NCBI RefSeq assembly: GCF_009914755.1
Contig: NC_060929.1
Reading direction: 5' to 3' (one strand)
Length of the DNA stretch: 64,000 bases
Origin: the human T2T-CHM13v2.0 reference genome, Homo sapiens
In this document: piece by piece, positions 1 through 18,305 of the stretch
Layout: each line of letters starts with the position of its first letter
How positions within the stretch are numbered: the stretch's first letter is position 1
The notes under the pieces: model-generated
Database searches by the model: none
Seen by the model: the letters and a program-made list of their open reading frames with translations, nothing else
What the model was told of the DNA's origin: nothing
Translations under genes and position numbers: made by a program

Positions 1-288
1 GGGGGATGATTGGATCATGGGGGTGGATTTCTCCCTTGCTATTCTCATGATAATGAGTGAGTTCTCATGAGATCTGATGGTTTAAAAGTGTGGCACTTCC
101 CTTCGCTCCCTCTCCTCCTGCCACCATGTAAGATATGCCTTGCTTCCCCTTCACCTTCTGCCATGATTGTAAGTTTCCTGAGACCTCCCCAGCCATGCAG
201 AACTGTAAGTCAATTAAACATCTTTTGTTTATAAATTATGCAGTCTGAGGGTAGTATCTTTATAGTAGTGTAAGAACATATTAAAACA
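1..288 (+). mobile_element. MaLR LTR (MSTA/MSTB-like), 3' part, cut by window edge
   Basis: ttggatcatgggggtggatttctc...ccatgattgtaagtttcctga...agccatgcagaactgt, ending ttaaaaca; matches MST-family LTR consensus. Confidence 0.85.
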
Positions 289-320
289 CATCCCTCTGGA
301 AATTTAATAATGATGGTAGT

Positions 321-779
321 TGTATTTGTTTCCTAGGGCTACTGTAACAAAGTCCCGCAAAGTAGGTGGCTTAAGTAGGAGAAATTCATTGTCCCACAGT
401 TCCAGAAGCTAGAAGTCCAAGATCAAGGTGTCAGCAGGATTGGTTCCTTCAGAGGGCTGTGAGGGAGAATCTGTCCCATGCCTCTCCCCTAGCTTCTGAT
501 GGTTTTCTGGCAATCTTTGGTGTTCCTTGGCTTCTGCAATATCACCCCAATCTCTGCCTTCATGTTCATATGGCATTCCCCCATATGCATATCTGTATCC
601 AAATTTCCCCCTTTGTAAGGATACCAGTCATATTGGATCCGGGCCCACTCTACTCCAGTAGGTCCTCATCTAGCCAACTACATCTGCAACAACCCTATTT
701 CCAAATAAGGTCACATTCTGAGATGCTAGGGATTAGGACTCCAGCATGTGAATTTTTGAGGGACAGAACTCCACCTACA
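321..779 (-). mobile_element. MLT1C solo LTR (MaLR)
   Basis: tgtatttgtttcctagggct...aaataaggtcacattc...; reverse complement of MLT1C consensus over its full length. Confidence 0.85.
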
Positions 780-1867
780 GTGGGGGGGGTTATGAAGCTC
801 AGATGTATTAGCCTCCCTGTTTGTCCTTACTTTGAGATAAAGCTTAAAAAGAATCTTGTCATCCAAATTAGACTCTTTTCTGCCAAAGGGCAGCATTCTG
901 ACTGAAGAGGAAGGTTGGGATGGAAGGCAGCCATGGCATCCAAGGCACGGGCCCCACGTGAAACAACAGTAATACTAAGAATTTACTTTCGTAACTGATA
1001 GCTCTTAGAAAAAGAGGCGTATTTGTAACCCCAGTTACAGTACTTTGCTTTGACTGAAAAGTCAATTTCAACTGTTCATTATGAGCACATTCCTTTTCCC
1101 TGAAGTTCCATCAAAATGCAAATATAGACATGTGGGACATGAGGGATCTTCTTGCTTTAACAAACACATATACAAAATGATTTCTAGCAATTAAAATGAC
1201 AGCTTCAATAATCATCTGATCTCTCACATCATCTGCCCCTTGAATCATAAATATAGTCATGAGAGAGCCTTCAAAAACATTAATTGGAGCAAATGATGTA
1301 TTTTCTCATTTTCTTTAGAGTTTTCCTCAAAAATTTCATAGAAGCATCAAATTAATGAGCTTGAAACAATTGTGGGAATTGTTCAGTGTAGGGATTTCGA
1401 GGGGTGCTCAGGAAAGCCCTGAGAGTTCATTCAAGTCCAGAAGGGTAGAGGCATGTGTGGTGGGTGGGTAGAGTAGTGGGGCAATGGGGAGGAGACTGGG
1501 AGGAAAGAGATTCTGGACAGTTGGCCCACCTGCAGCCCACCTGATCAGGGCACTCTCCTTTCATCTAATGTACATATTGTTGCTATGTTTGAAGAAAGTA
1601 TTTCACATTTTATAAAAGTAAGAAAATTTAGACCCAGAGAAATTGTGATTTATTGAAATTCCTGTAGCTAGCCAAGTGAGCAGCAGAGCTGAATGAGAAT
1701 CAAAGTTTTCTTCTGTCCATCCATACATACTAAGCTACATCTCTCCCAACTTCATACAAATGCAAGAAGGAAACTCACTACAGGTTCATTTAAGGCAAAT
1801 ATGCTGTCTGCCTTGATCTGGTGATTTATGACAACTCAATCCATGTCTTCATAAAAATAACCAAGCT

Positions 1868-2157
1868 GGCTAGGTGCAGTGTGGCTCATGCCTGTAATCC
1901 CAGCACTTTGGGAGGCCAAGGTGGGCGGATCATGAGGTTAGGAGTTCAAGACCAGCCTGGCCAACATGATGAAACCCCATCTCTACTAAAAATACAAAAA
2001 TTAGCCAGGTGTGGTGGCAGGCGCCTGTAATCCCAGCCACTCGGGAGGCTCAGGCAGGAGAACTGCTTGAACTGGGGGGACGGAGGGGGCAGTGAGCAGA
2101 GATCACGCCATTGCCCTCCAGCCTGGAAGCCTGGGTGATAGAGCAAGACTTCGTCTC

Positions 2158-2199
<42 letters not shown>
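1868..2199 (+). mobile_element. Alu (AluSg-like) with (TAA)n tail
   Basis: Dimeric Alu with the ggatcatgaggt 2-bp deletion; (taa)n tail about 2158-2199; degenerate TSD aataaccaagct/aataacctaagcct. Confidence 0.95.
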
Positions 2200-2200
<1 letters not shown>

Positions 2201-2389
2201 CTAAGCCTAAATTGGGGCATTTTTAGCTTAGCCCTTTCAACATAAAATATTTTTATGATATAAAGATGTAACTTTTATGTAATGACTATTATATTTCAAG
2301 TTAATCACAGATCTAGACCTTTATTCTTCACCTGCAATTCTTTTCTTTCAGCTCAATGAAGAGCATCTAATTTTTAAAGGACCAGTTAG

Positions 2390-2680
2390 GGCCAGGCGTG
2401 GAGGCTCACGTCTGTAATCCCAGCACTTTGGGAGGTTAAAATGGGTGGATCACTTGAGGCCAGGAGTTTGAGACTAGCCTGGCCAACATGGGAAGACTCC
2501 GTCTCTACTAAAAATACAAAAATTAGCCAAGCGTGGTGGTGCACCCCTGTAATCCCAGCTACTTGGGAGGCTGAGGCATGAGAATGGTTTGAACCCAGGA
2601 AGTGGTAATGGGGTGAGCAAAGATCATGCCACTGCACTCCCACCTGGGTGACAGAGTGAGACTCTCTGTCTCAAAAAAAA
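2390..2680 (+). mobile_element. Alu (AluS)
   Basis: Full dimer with A tail; degenerate TSD aaaggaccagttag/aaaggcccaattag. Confidence 0.95.
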
Positions 2681-2958
2681 GGCCCAATTAGCACAACTGA
2701 AACTGATCCAGCCAGAGAAGTGTTCCATCAGGTAAAACATTACATAAGGTTAAGTTCACTGGGCATTAGTTAAATGGGCTATTTTAAATAAATATACTCC
2801 CTGTGTTACATTTTAATATGAGCAATCTCTTTCTTACATGTGCCCAAGTGGTCCTGGAAATTCCCTCCTCTTCCCTCCACATGGCAGCCACTCATTCTTA
2901 TTTAGGGTAGAGATGAATAACACTTAGAGAGGAGCAGGGATGGCAAAAGGAAAGGAGG

Positions 2959-3121
2959 GGCCAGGCACAGTGGCTCATGCTTGTAATCCTAGGGCTTTGA
3001 GAGGCCGAGATGGGAGGATCGCTTGAGGCCACGAGTTCGAGGTCAGCCTAGTCAACATAGCAAGACCTCATCTCTATTTTTAAAAAAATTGACTAATTAA
3101 TAATAATAATTTAAAAATAAT
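2959..3121 (+). mobile_element. Free left Alu monomer (FLAM_C-like)
   Basis: Left monomer plus A-rich tail; perfect 14-bp TSD aaaaggaaaggagg at 2945-2958 and 3122-3135. Confidence 0.9.
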
Positions 3122-3389
3122 AAAAGGAAAGGAGGCTCTCTTCCTCTTTGCAAAGAAGAAAAGGAAGGAGTTAAACACAGAAAAGGAAAAGGATCAAGGA
3201 TTTGGAGAGATGAAAAATCATTTTTTCATTCCCCTAACAATCTTGGTTGAGGAAATCCAGGTGGAAGGAAAGGTGGAAGGGGGAAGAGAGAATGGAGAAA
3301 GATTGGAGGGAGAAAGCAGTCACAATAATAAGACACAGCTCATTATAGCTGTGGTTCTCCTTAACTCCTGGTTGTCCTCTCACCCAAGA

Positions 3390-3900
3390 ACACATTTCAA
3401 TTAGCTTGAGTGAGACAGAAGAGTTTATTGGGCAGATACAAAAATATCTTATAGAAAGCACACTCAGACCACAGGAGGGATTGGTATCTACAACAGCAAA
3501 TTGATAAGCTGTAGGGAAAATTCTTTCCCTCTGGCTTTCTTGCTGGTTTTCTCTATTTCTCCCTTCCTCATCTATTCCTTCTCCCTCTCCCTCCCCATCT
3601 CCAACCCATGGTTCCTCATCTCTTCTCCCTGTGTGTTTTTCCTTCTTCCTCTATGTGTGCTGTTCTCTGCCGGTCCATTCGCGAGATAGGCCTGGCTTCC
3701 TGTAGCTCCAGGGAATCTCTTCATTTCAAACAACCAGTAGTTAACTGGTATTCTTGTCCCAGGTCCAAACTCTCAAGTTGAAATATTTAGTTGGCCTAGC
3801 CTAGATCAGGTGTCCACCATGGTTCCATGAGATCTGGTCAGTTAGTTCCATCTAACTGCCAAGGTATCTACTTTTGTTGGGGAGTTGGGAGAGACACCAA
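3390..3900 (-). mobile_element. Degraded old MaLR LTR (MLT1J/K-like)
   Basis: ttagcttgag...gagtttattgg and gttggcctagcctagatcaggtgtccacc resemble old MLT1 motifs; weak match. Confidence 0.4.
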
Positions 3901-4227
3901 GTAGCAGAAAGGGGAATTACGGACTAAACAAGCAGCTTCATTTAGTTCTACAACCCTTTGCAACCTTGTCCCAGGCTCTTGCGTGGTGTCCTTAGTCTCC
4001 AGCCCCTATCCCAAGAGTTTTCAACCTCTTACAACACTGTTTCTCACGGTGTTGTCCAGGTCGCTTGCATCAAAGTGTGTTCATTAAAAATGTGGATACC
4101 TAAGCCCCTTACTCCAGACCTATTCCAGAAGCCTTGTGTGTTAAATACACCTTAGGGACTGGTTTGAAAATCTCAGTGCTAAGAAGACTGTATTGGAAAA
4201 CTCACTCTGAGTTTTGAATAAACTTTT

Positions 4228-4420
4228 GAAATAATAATTATAGATATAATTATGATATTAATAGATAATATTTATTAAATATTATAATAATAATCCTATA
4301 AATAATTATGTTATATAATTATAGATAATATATATTATTTTATAAATAACTATTATAGATAATATTTATTATAAATAATTATTATTACAGATATTTATTA
4401 TAGATAATAAATGTAAAACA
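4228..4420. repeat. AT-rich low-complexity tract with recurring ttatagataat units
   Basis: Almost entirely A/T; ttatagataat(a) recurs several times. Confidence 0.85.
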
Positions 4421-6574
4421 CTAGTTATAAAAAGTATATAGCACTCTCTAGATTAAAAGGATATTTATTTTTGAATTTCAGAAAGTACAGAGAAGTTGCT
4501 ATTATGCCAAAAGTAATATGCAGAATTTTCTTCTTTATTTACATGCCATACCATTTACTTTGTGCATCCACAATTCCTATTAAGTCTGTAAGGAGCCCAA
4601 GAAATCTGCATTAGTGTTTATCACATTTCTGGCTTTTTCACAGCCATCTTGATGAGTCCCTATTCTGAGTTTATTTTCTCTTCATTTCTAGCTCTATCTA
4701 GATAATCCTAACATGTTTATCTCAATACAACTATGTACTAGGTCTCAACATCAAATGCCACTGCCACTCTCCTATGAAAGTCATCTACAACAAAACTTAC
4801 GCTAGTCCTCCTTACCTACGGATTGATCATCAGTACACACTCATTTTCTCTGACTAAATTCTCTCCTTCACTATTTCTCCAAGCTTGTGCTTCTCAAATT
4901 TGGATACATACATTTCCAGGGAGGTATAATTTTAGATCAGGAGCCATAAGACAATGTTTCTCACTGGAGCATTTATTTAAGTGAGGATTTGGATGATTAA
5001 ATAACTTAACTGGAAAGCAACTATATGAGTTATTTTTGTCTTAAATAAGACCTGGATATGTTAAATAGAAAGATACAAATTTACATTAAATTTTAAGAAA
5101 AAAGGTGGGCCTTCAAAAAATATGTGCTATGTCCTCCAAGTTCCCAATCTTGGGTGCCTTATTTACTTGATAATATGTTATCAGTTTAGCTGATCTTCTT
5201 GAAACACACACATTCAACAACTATGCAAGTACTAGTTTAAACGATAAGAAAAGCTTGCAGAAAAATGTCAGTCAGGCCCAGCATATCATCTCCCCTTTCT
5301 ATCTCATTCTAACTGAATCCCAAGGGTCGCTGGTTTTCAAGGGGTTGGGTCAGAGCCAAAAGAAAGCAATTTCATTTTCAAGTAAGTGTAGCATTCAGTA
5401 GATCTTGAGCAAAGTAAATATCCTCGGAGCTGGTTTCATAATAGGTTCCTCCTATGAAGACTGGCTCCAACCAGTTCTTGGGAAACGTGCTTACAGACAA
5501 GAATTGCCCAACTGATTTCAGTAGACAAGAAAGTACACAGGGCAGCAGAGGTCAAGCCAATGACTGTACAGCCTATACACATCTTTATGGATAAATTAAT
5601 CCCCAAAACAATGGCACATACTTACTTAGTATTAAGACTTAGATAACACAATCTAAAGAGCTCAAGGCATTCTTCATAAAAACTTAAAAGTAAACAATGA
5701 TGTTCATTCTTTTCTGGCTGACAGGGTGAAAATTACCTCCATGGGGCTTGGCCATACAGATAGCTTGAGTAGACAGCTGCCCACACAGTGTAATTTGAGG
5801 GGAGCCACAAGGTTCTGTCTGTTGGAAAACATATTCCCCTTTGATTTCTCAGAGCATAGCCTTCCCCAGATTCCTGGCTTCCATTCTCACCATTAGTCAC
5901 CAGAGTTAGATACTAAGTAGAAGCAGTACGTCCATAAAGTCATTGCGGAAATGTATACTTAAATGACCTGAGAGGGGCATTGGGTTTTTTCCCATTTATA
6001 CAATAAAACACATTCACACATTAACATGGATTAGTTTACCTTGGTTAATTGTCAATCTGGAAAGCAAATGCTAGGATTCTGATGGCATGTGACATAAAAT
6101 AGTAAGCTTTTGATGACAATTGAGGCATGGGTTTCATGGGAATCAGAAGACCTGGTTGGGCCCAGCAGAGGGCACTCTAGGAAACCAGCACAAGAAGATT
6201 AGACACAACATAGTAGAGATAGACTTACTAAATTTAGCTTTTTATTCCTTTGTAATTTTTGCTAAGCCAGCCCCGACCACCACAAAGCAAATAGGACCAC
6301 TTTAAAGTTAACTGGTCATGAGTAGAGTGCCCAGGAGGCAGCAAATTGCTTCTGAATTCTGAAAGTGCCAAAACAATCGTCATCATCATCATCATCACCA
6401 CTACTAAAAGCCATATACATTTCTCAATAGCTTCTGGTAGAATCAATCGCTTTCATCCCTCTGGTGGGTAATATAAAGGAGCTGGCAGAAAACATGGAGA
6501 AAGAGAATTAGAAAGGCCAGAGGAAACTCACAACTGATAAGCAGAGGCTGGGGATGGTAGTAAAAAGACAGCTA

Positions 6575-7274
<700 letters not shown>

Positions 7275-7626
7275 CTAAGATAACATCGTCACTGATTGCC
7301 ACGTAAAGTAGATTGCTGGAATGGCTACAAAATTCTTTTACTATCTGACACTGGTTTGTTCACATACCTGTAAAGTATTTATAGAAATTCACAGATAGAT
7401 CAGGTAGAGCCAGATCAGTTAACTCTTAGAGAGCCAGAGGACACTTTCTCCACACAGCAAATCAAATTGTTCCTGAGGAAAAGCATGGAGTTCACTTTAG
7501 GTACACAAAGATAATCCCAACATAGACTTGACAGTGTGCTTGCTGTAAAAATGAGTTTTGAAAAATTATCAAAAAAATTAATAATCAGTGATCATGTAGA
7601 GCAAAACACAGGTATCCAACACATTA

Positions 7627-8130
<504 letters not shown>

Positions 8131-8234
8131 TTAACAATGATCCTATCTTCTGACCTAAACCAATATAAAAGTGTTAATCTTTGATGAGAGAAGAGGATAT
8201 AGGGAAGGTCAAGGGCTAGAATTGTCCCTGTCAC

Positions 8235-8355
8235 TGTATTTATTATACCTTTTGTTGTTTATCTTGCTCCACTGTACTGTATACATTTTCTGTGTGCAGA
8301 GACAAAGTGCTTGGGCTTGGTAAATGCTCAGTAAACATTGATTGATTGAATAAAC
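8235..8355 (+). mobile_element. L2 3' end fragment
   Basis: ggtaaatgctcagtaaacattgattgattgaataaa resembles the L2 terminus. Confidence 0.6.
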
Positions 8356-8829
8356 ACAATACTTTACTTAGGGCTGAGGTAGAACTTGAGTGATAGCACA
8401 ATTGGAGGTGATAGGAGGAAATCTAGTCAGGCTGATGGAACTTGGTGCACAGTATGTGTGCTTACGGGCAACAGGTATCAGTGATATCCAAAAAAGAAGT
8501 TCTCGACAAGCCATTGGTCAAATGGCAGAAGCCCAAATATGGGAAATCCAGAAGTGGCAGCACGCAAAAGTACATGTACATGGAGAGATAGAATTAGGAA
8601 AATCTGTCAGCCAATAGCCAAATCCCGCCATTGGATTGGTGTCAGAGGAGATTACAGTCATTGAGAAGGCATCCACATCAACAAGGCAGAGGCCAGGTTC
8701 TAGAATATAAAGTTATCAAGATAGAAATACAGATGTTTTTAGAAGTGGGAGCTTCCAAAACCAGGTTAAACGGAAGCAGTGGTTCGGTTTCATTAAGAAG
8801 GAAAGCAATAGTAGCAGTCTGGCAACAGA

Positions 8830-8910
8830 TGTTATTGGTCCATTTTACAGATCAGAAAGCTGAGGCTCAGTGAGAATATGTAAACTTGTCGAAGGCCATA
8901 CAGCTAATTT
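8830..8910 (-). mobile_element. MIR fragment
   Basis: cattttacagatcagaaagctgaggctcag...gaaggccatacagcta is the MIR core. Confidence 0.75.
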
Positions 8911-8947
8911 AAATTCGTGATTCTGGTTTAAAAATAAAGCCTACCTA

Positions 8948-9283
<336 letters not shown>

Positions 9284-9374
9284 TTATTCTTCTTTTTCTT
9301 ACTTTAGCCTGTAACTCTTAAAAATTTAGTTACTGGAACTGGTAAGTCAGACTAGCTTTGTAACTCGATTTTGA

Positions 9375-9950
<576 letters not shown>

Positions 9951-10665
9951 TTAGAAGCAGAAGTCAAGAGGCCTCAGCTGTTTGCAGAGGAAACCTATGG
10001 TCGCTTGTATATTTCAATGGGATAGGAAAAATACTAGAAGACTCATGGGCTTGCATTTTTTTTTTCTTGAACAAGTGGACCATAGCCGACTCTTTGTTTT
10101 TCCAGTTTAACCTTAGAAAATATGCCCAAAGTCAACAGGTATACAATTAACCTTACAAGTCAAATGGTTCCATGTTCTTAGATTCTAAGTGCTAGTTGTG
10201 TGTGACCCTAGGCAAGGTTTTAGAACTGAATCTCCCAAATTGCTCATTACTATTCTATGCTTGGCTAAAACTCTTACATCACCCCACAATGGAATGTGAC
10301 CCAAGTCAAGAAGAAAACAAAAACATTTGTGTTGTTTTCATGATTAGTAATGGGAATGAAGAAGGATTGAGGTATCTCAAAACAACTTGTACTTTTCCCA
10401 AACTATTTAAGACCTGATTCATGTAATACTTACTAATCTTGATGCCTACAAATGATACAGTACATGTATAATTTCTGGATGTGTAAATTCTAGACATTTA
10501 ATTTGCTTGGACCAAATCCTAATCATAGAACTTGTTTATTATTTAAGGTACACACTTAATACAGCAAATACAACAAGTTTCCTATCGCCAGCTTCCATGA
10601 TCAGAATTCTTGTGCACAGCTCCCTAATAGGAAACAATTAATTATACAATAAATACATGTTTGTT

Positions 10666-10800
10666 TAGGGTCACTATACATCTTTGTGTGCCTGGAATTG
10701 TCCTGGTTTACACCTGTCATTCCAGAATAATTATTAATAGCACCCTCTCTCACTCTCAAAATTGTTTCATTCTTGGTGATAAATTTTCTGGGTACCCTTA
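10666..10800 (+). mobile_element. MER94-like hAT-Blackjack MITE
   Basis: tagggtcact...aattattaatagcaccctctctcactctcaaaa...gggtaccctta, with TIR-like ends. Confidence 0.75.
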
Positions 10801-11450
10801 CACATAGCTCACTCAATCTGCCCTTGCTCTGAAACCACTATAGTGATACATCATGTTTGGAATGTGGTCTATTTCTATTCTGAACACTCCAATAGCTATT
10901 CAAGAAAATAAGGCCATTGAAACATTAATCAGTGGATCAACATGTCTTCTTTACATTTTTAAAGAAACATAGAACTGCTTGAACAAATAGGAAACAAATA
11001 ACAAACTGATAGACATAATCCTAAATATATCGGTAATTACATTTATTCCAGCATAAATGAACTGTAAGTAATTGTATTGTCAATCGATTAACAACGTGAT
11101 GATAAAACACCATTTCCTCAAGCACAAGGTGATAGTGTGGGTTTCTTGTGGCTGCATAGTTGTCTTTCTCCTTGAACGTGCTCCATCTGGCAATGTCACA
11201 AATATCACACAGTCCTCTGAATAATTAGACTACCTAGACAAAGTTTTGAAGCATTATTATCTAGCACTGATCAACCAAAAGTACATACTTGTCCAGCATG
11301 GAAACTCCTTGACTCAATCAGCACATCTGACCTGGATGAAATCCAAAAACTGAACAGGTTGTAGGTTTTGCTACCTCTGGCACATAGCCAAAACTTGTGG
11401 TATGATTTATCTCAAACTATGAACAGTATATGCAGATAGTGGTTCAAGAC

Positions 11451-11562
11451 TAGCGTGACCAAAATAAGGTTTTGAAAGAGAAGGGGAACACCATAATAAT
11501 TACACTAGCCCAAAATGGATAATTTGAGACTGTCTTGGGTAAACCAGACTACAGTCACTCTA
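11451..11562 (-). mobile_element. MER94-like hAT-Blackjack MITE
   Basis: tagcgtgacc...agtcactcta TIRs; 8-bp TSD ttcaagac/gtcaagac. Confidence 0.7.
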
Positions 11563-12056
11563 GTCAAGACAAAAAAGAAAAAAGAAAAAGAAAGCAGGAC
11601 ATTGCATTTTATCTACTTCCAAATCCAAGGATTGCTCTTCTAACCAAATCAGGCTGCATTTAGAGAGATGGGTCACAGTTAACAAAATGATTTCTGTATT
11701 TCATGGTGTACTCTCATTTCCTTGTTTTATTTATCTTCCAAGTATGTTCTTTTATAGAAGTATATTTTATGGCAACATCAATGAGCAAGAAAATGTCTTG
11801 GGGAAAAGTGTCCAAGATAATAAAGGTTCTGGAGAAAAAGAGTCATTTGAGAAATGGGGTGCATTATTTGTATGAAATCTGACTTCAAACACTGTAAGGA
11901 GTGTCATTTTTAAGTAGGAATGGGCACGTGCTGAACTCCACGGAGCAGAGCATAAACAGATAGATGTTTTTAAAATCCAAGGAAGCAAATTTTAATTCCA
12001 CATAAGGAAGAACTTTAACACTTACTGGCAACAGAATAAGTTGCTGAATAGAATAG

Positions 12057-12455
<399 letters not shown>

Positions 12456-12506
12456 TCAGAGGAGTTTTGATGCACCAGGTGGCGCTGGTAATTTAAGGTT
12501 CTCTCG

Positions 12507-13077
12507 TGAAATTGGTCTTTTCACCTGGCCAGCATCTTATTCCTTCTTCTGGTAACAGCATCCCATTGTTCTTTGTTGAACCACCTCTCCCCCATTTCTA
12601 CAAGGTATGGTAGAGCTAAAATCATCCTCAGCTTCCAGAAATGGGCATCTGATCCTTATATAGACATTCAGTGACTTTTATCTCGTTGGCCAAGAAAGGG
12701 CACATGGTCCACGCTCGGAAAATTTGAAGCAGTCCTAAGACTTTTAAGGAAACTATTGGGAAAAAGAAATCGTTTCCTTTACAGGTTGCTGAAAGGGTAA
12801 GAGGTAGGTCCAGAACTTCTGGCAACTATCTTGCTAGCAAGTCGGGTAGGGCTTGCCTGAGAATGACACCAATACAGAGGAAACTATAGCCAAGCAGTGG
12901 AGAGAGGGAGACTGAGTCCTGGCTCTTTTTTTAGCCCATACATCTAATAATGTCTGAAGCCAGATTAACCTCTGGATTTTTAAGTTCTGTGTGTCAAGAC
13001 ATTCCCTTTCATTTTTAAGCCAGTTTGAGTTCAGTTTTTAAAAATTATTTGAAACAGAAAGAATCCTGAATAATACA
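12507..13077 (+). mobile_element. MLT1K-like MaLR LTR
   Basis: ttctggtaacagcatccc...ccacctctccccca...gcctgagaatga...aagaatcctgaataataca. Confidence 0.75.
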
Positions 13078-13544
13078 GGTCCCTTCCAACAAAATAAAAC
13101 TTGATTATACTAACATGTACTCTATATATCTAGCTTGGCAGATTTCTAGTTATTTCTAGTAGATTTCTAACATTTCTAGTAATGCTTTGATGGTAGTTAG
13201 ATGCAGTTACTTGCTGTAAGTAATTGGAAATAATAAAACCTCATTGTTTTAAAAGTGAGTATTTCACATTGATATAGACAATCTTTCCCATTTCATTTGA
13301 ATTAATGAGATGTTGCTGCACAATATATGCTTGGTTTATCTTATGCTGGTGATCCTCAACCTGGGGCTCCTAGAAGTGGTAATGTTAACGAATGCATTTT
13401 ACTTAATATTAAAATATTTTAAAGTACGAGGTCCATGGCTGACTTTTAAAAATAAATATTTGTAAAGGGGTTGTTTAAAAAGAATTTTTAAAAAGGAATT
13501 CATAACAGTAGTAAAATATTGGGAAATGCCTCAACAAATGCTAT

Positions 13545-14000
13545 GGTAGTTGATATCATGGTTTCTAGCAACTCTAGCTGGAGTTAAGCAGGAAAGGAAT
13601 TTATTAAAAGGATAGTGAATAATTTGTAAACACATTGGCAGGGCTGGAGAGCCCAATTTCAGGATAAAATCTGAAAGTTTCACACTAAGTTTAGCTTTAT
13701 TGTTTATAAGGAAGTAATATTAATAGGTGTCTTTGCCATAGTCACAAGAAAAAAGACCCCTGTTCTTGATTTCTTCCATCACTAACCCTTAAAGTCCAGT
13801 TCTGAACCTAACTAAGTCTCATGACAATAAACTGTCTTCAAAAGAAGCTGTTAAATGTCTGGCATTGTTAGCCTCATTAGCGATAGACTCTTTTTGCCCC
13901 ACACCAAGATTCATGAGTAGGAATTCTCAAATAGAGTATAGAATGGGACTTGGTTGCCATACAGTCAAAATGAATCACGAATGTCCACTATAAGCCAAAC
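13545..14000 (-). mobile_element. Old ERVL/MaLR-class LTR fragment
   Basis: caactctagctggagttaagcaggaaaggaatttattaaaagga motif; lies next to the ERVL internal sequence. Confidence 0.45.
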
Positions 14001-15230
14001 TTCCGGCAGCTCAACACCAACTTACAAGCTTCTCCCCATGCTTAAAGTTCCAGGAAAAAAAAATGTTCCTACTTAACTTAAAGTAACTATTCTTCCTCAT
14101 ATAAAAGGGACCAGTTGAAGTTTCATCCAGATCAAAATTCAGGCATTCTGGAAGATATCCAATTATTCTGGAATTGTGCCATGGTATTGTCTCAATATTC
14201 TGTAAACTATGGACTAATTTGTAAAAGCCACTATTAATAAAGAAATAATAGAACGGAGATACAAGGTAGGAAAAACAGTTAAGATTTATACATATATACA
14301 TGAAAGAAAATATGGGTAGGTGTTACAGTCTTATTTCTATAATTCGTCTTGGTGCTGTATTTGCACTGATGACTCAACTCCTCTATTATCAATTTCAAGT
14401 TTCTTTTCCCCTCAACCAAGGATTTACCTATACCTTGATCCTGAGAAAGCTGTCCCTTGATCATTCTTCCCATACTGGGTTGCTGTGGATTTCCTTTAAC
14501 TTTTGATGCTGGACATGGCAGTATTAAGAAGCACCCCAGAGGATTGCTGGATTTCTACCAACACCCTTCTTGATCCTATTGCATAATAGCAACACTGTTT
14601 CCCCATTATAGCTAGAATCATCATTTCTGTCATATCATAGTCTTCTTTTGACTTTTCATCCTGTGGTTTTAGAATTGGAAACGAAAAAGTGGCAAACTCA
14701 GTTTCCAATGCAATTAAGCCAGTGTTTACTTGGTACCCTGTGGAAGCAACCCTCCTTTGGCCTCTAAGACCCCCTAAACCAGCAGAGCCCAGGGGGACTG
14801 GAGTGTGATGCAAGCTTCTGTGATTCAGCCACTATGTGATTTTATGAGAGGTGTCATTCCAGTTCTGCCCCTTAATTGCTAAATTCATGCATTCAGGCCA
14901 TGGAAGCATTGGTACCATAAAATTGTCACAGCTTCAGACCACATACCATATTTCATATGCTAGCACCCCAACTGCACAACGTGTTAACTTCTGGCTGGCA
15001 TCATAGTTGAATATTTGGTATCCCATCTTATAGTTTTATAAGGCAGACTGCTACCATGTATCATGAGATACATGGTAAAGTCAGTAATCCCATCAACTTT
15101 AATCCATTTTCTTATTTTTAACTTTCTCAATTAGAAGTTATACTGTATGGTACTTCTTGATGGAGAATACATTTAATAAGTCTATAAATGGTAAGGCTGA
15201 CAGAAACATATGGGGAAGAAAAAGCAAATA
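14000..15230 (-). pseudogene. ERVL-class internal remnant (integrase to dUTPase region)
   Basis: Minus-strand translation with frameshifts: FAFSSPYVSVS (integrase, compare FAFPAHNASA), LGSAGLG/VLEAKGGLLP..HWKLSLP, DSSYNGETVLLLCN, NPLGCFLILPCPASKVKGNPQQP (ERVL dUTPase-like). Confidence 0.75.
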
Positions 15231-15498
15231 CAGTAGTCCCCCCTTATCCATTGTTTTGCTTTCCAGTTTCAGTTATCTGCAGTCAATAGTGGTCCAAAAA
15301 TATTAAGTGGAAATTCCAAAAATAGACAACTAATCAGTTTTAAATTACACACCATTCTGAGTAGCATGATGAAATCTTGCACCATCCTGCTCTGTCCTGC
15401 CCTGGACATGAATCTGGACATGAATCATCCCTTTGTCTGATATATTCACACTATACATGCTACCTGCTTGATACTGTATAGGAAAAAAACATAGTGTA

Positions 15499-18098
<2,600 letters not shown>

Positions 18099-18199
18099 GT
18101 GTATATAGGATCCATTACTGTGCAGTTTCAGGCATCCACTGGGGTCTTGGAACTTATCCCCCATGGATAAGGGGGGACTACTCTACAAATGCTATCCCA

Positions 18200-18305
18200 A
18201 CTTAAAATTATTTATTTATCATTTTACTTATTTTTTATATCTTTCCCGACTGGAAGATAAATTCCCTGAGGACAAGAACCTTCTCTCTTTTGTGTGCCAC
18301 TCTAT
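18200..18305 (+). mobile_element. L2 3' fragment
   Basis: ctttcccgactggaagataaattccctgaggacaagaacc. Confidence 0.55.

Noticed and set aside
459-905. 148-aa ORF on the + strand
   Set aside because: It lies mostly in an antisense MLT1C LTR, starts at GTG and has no recognisable protein features.
10666-11562. Two inverted MER94 copies as ends of a composite transposon
   Set aside because: The second copy has its own 8-bp TSD and no shared outer TSD is visible, so they are independent insertions.
13141-13180. Four atttcta(g/a) units that look like a repeat array
   Set aside because: It is a short degenerate minisatellite with no spacers, and nothing CRISPR-like is plausible in this primate DNA.
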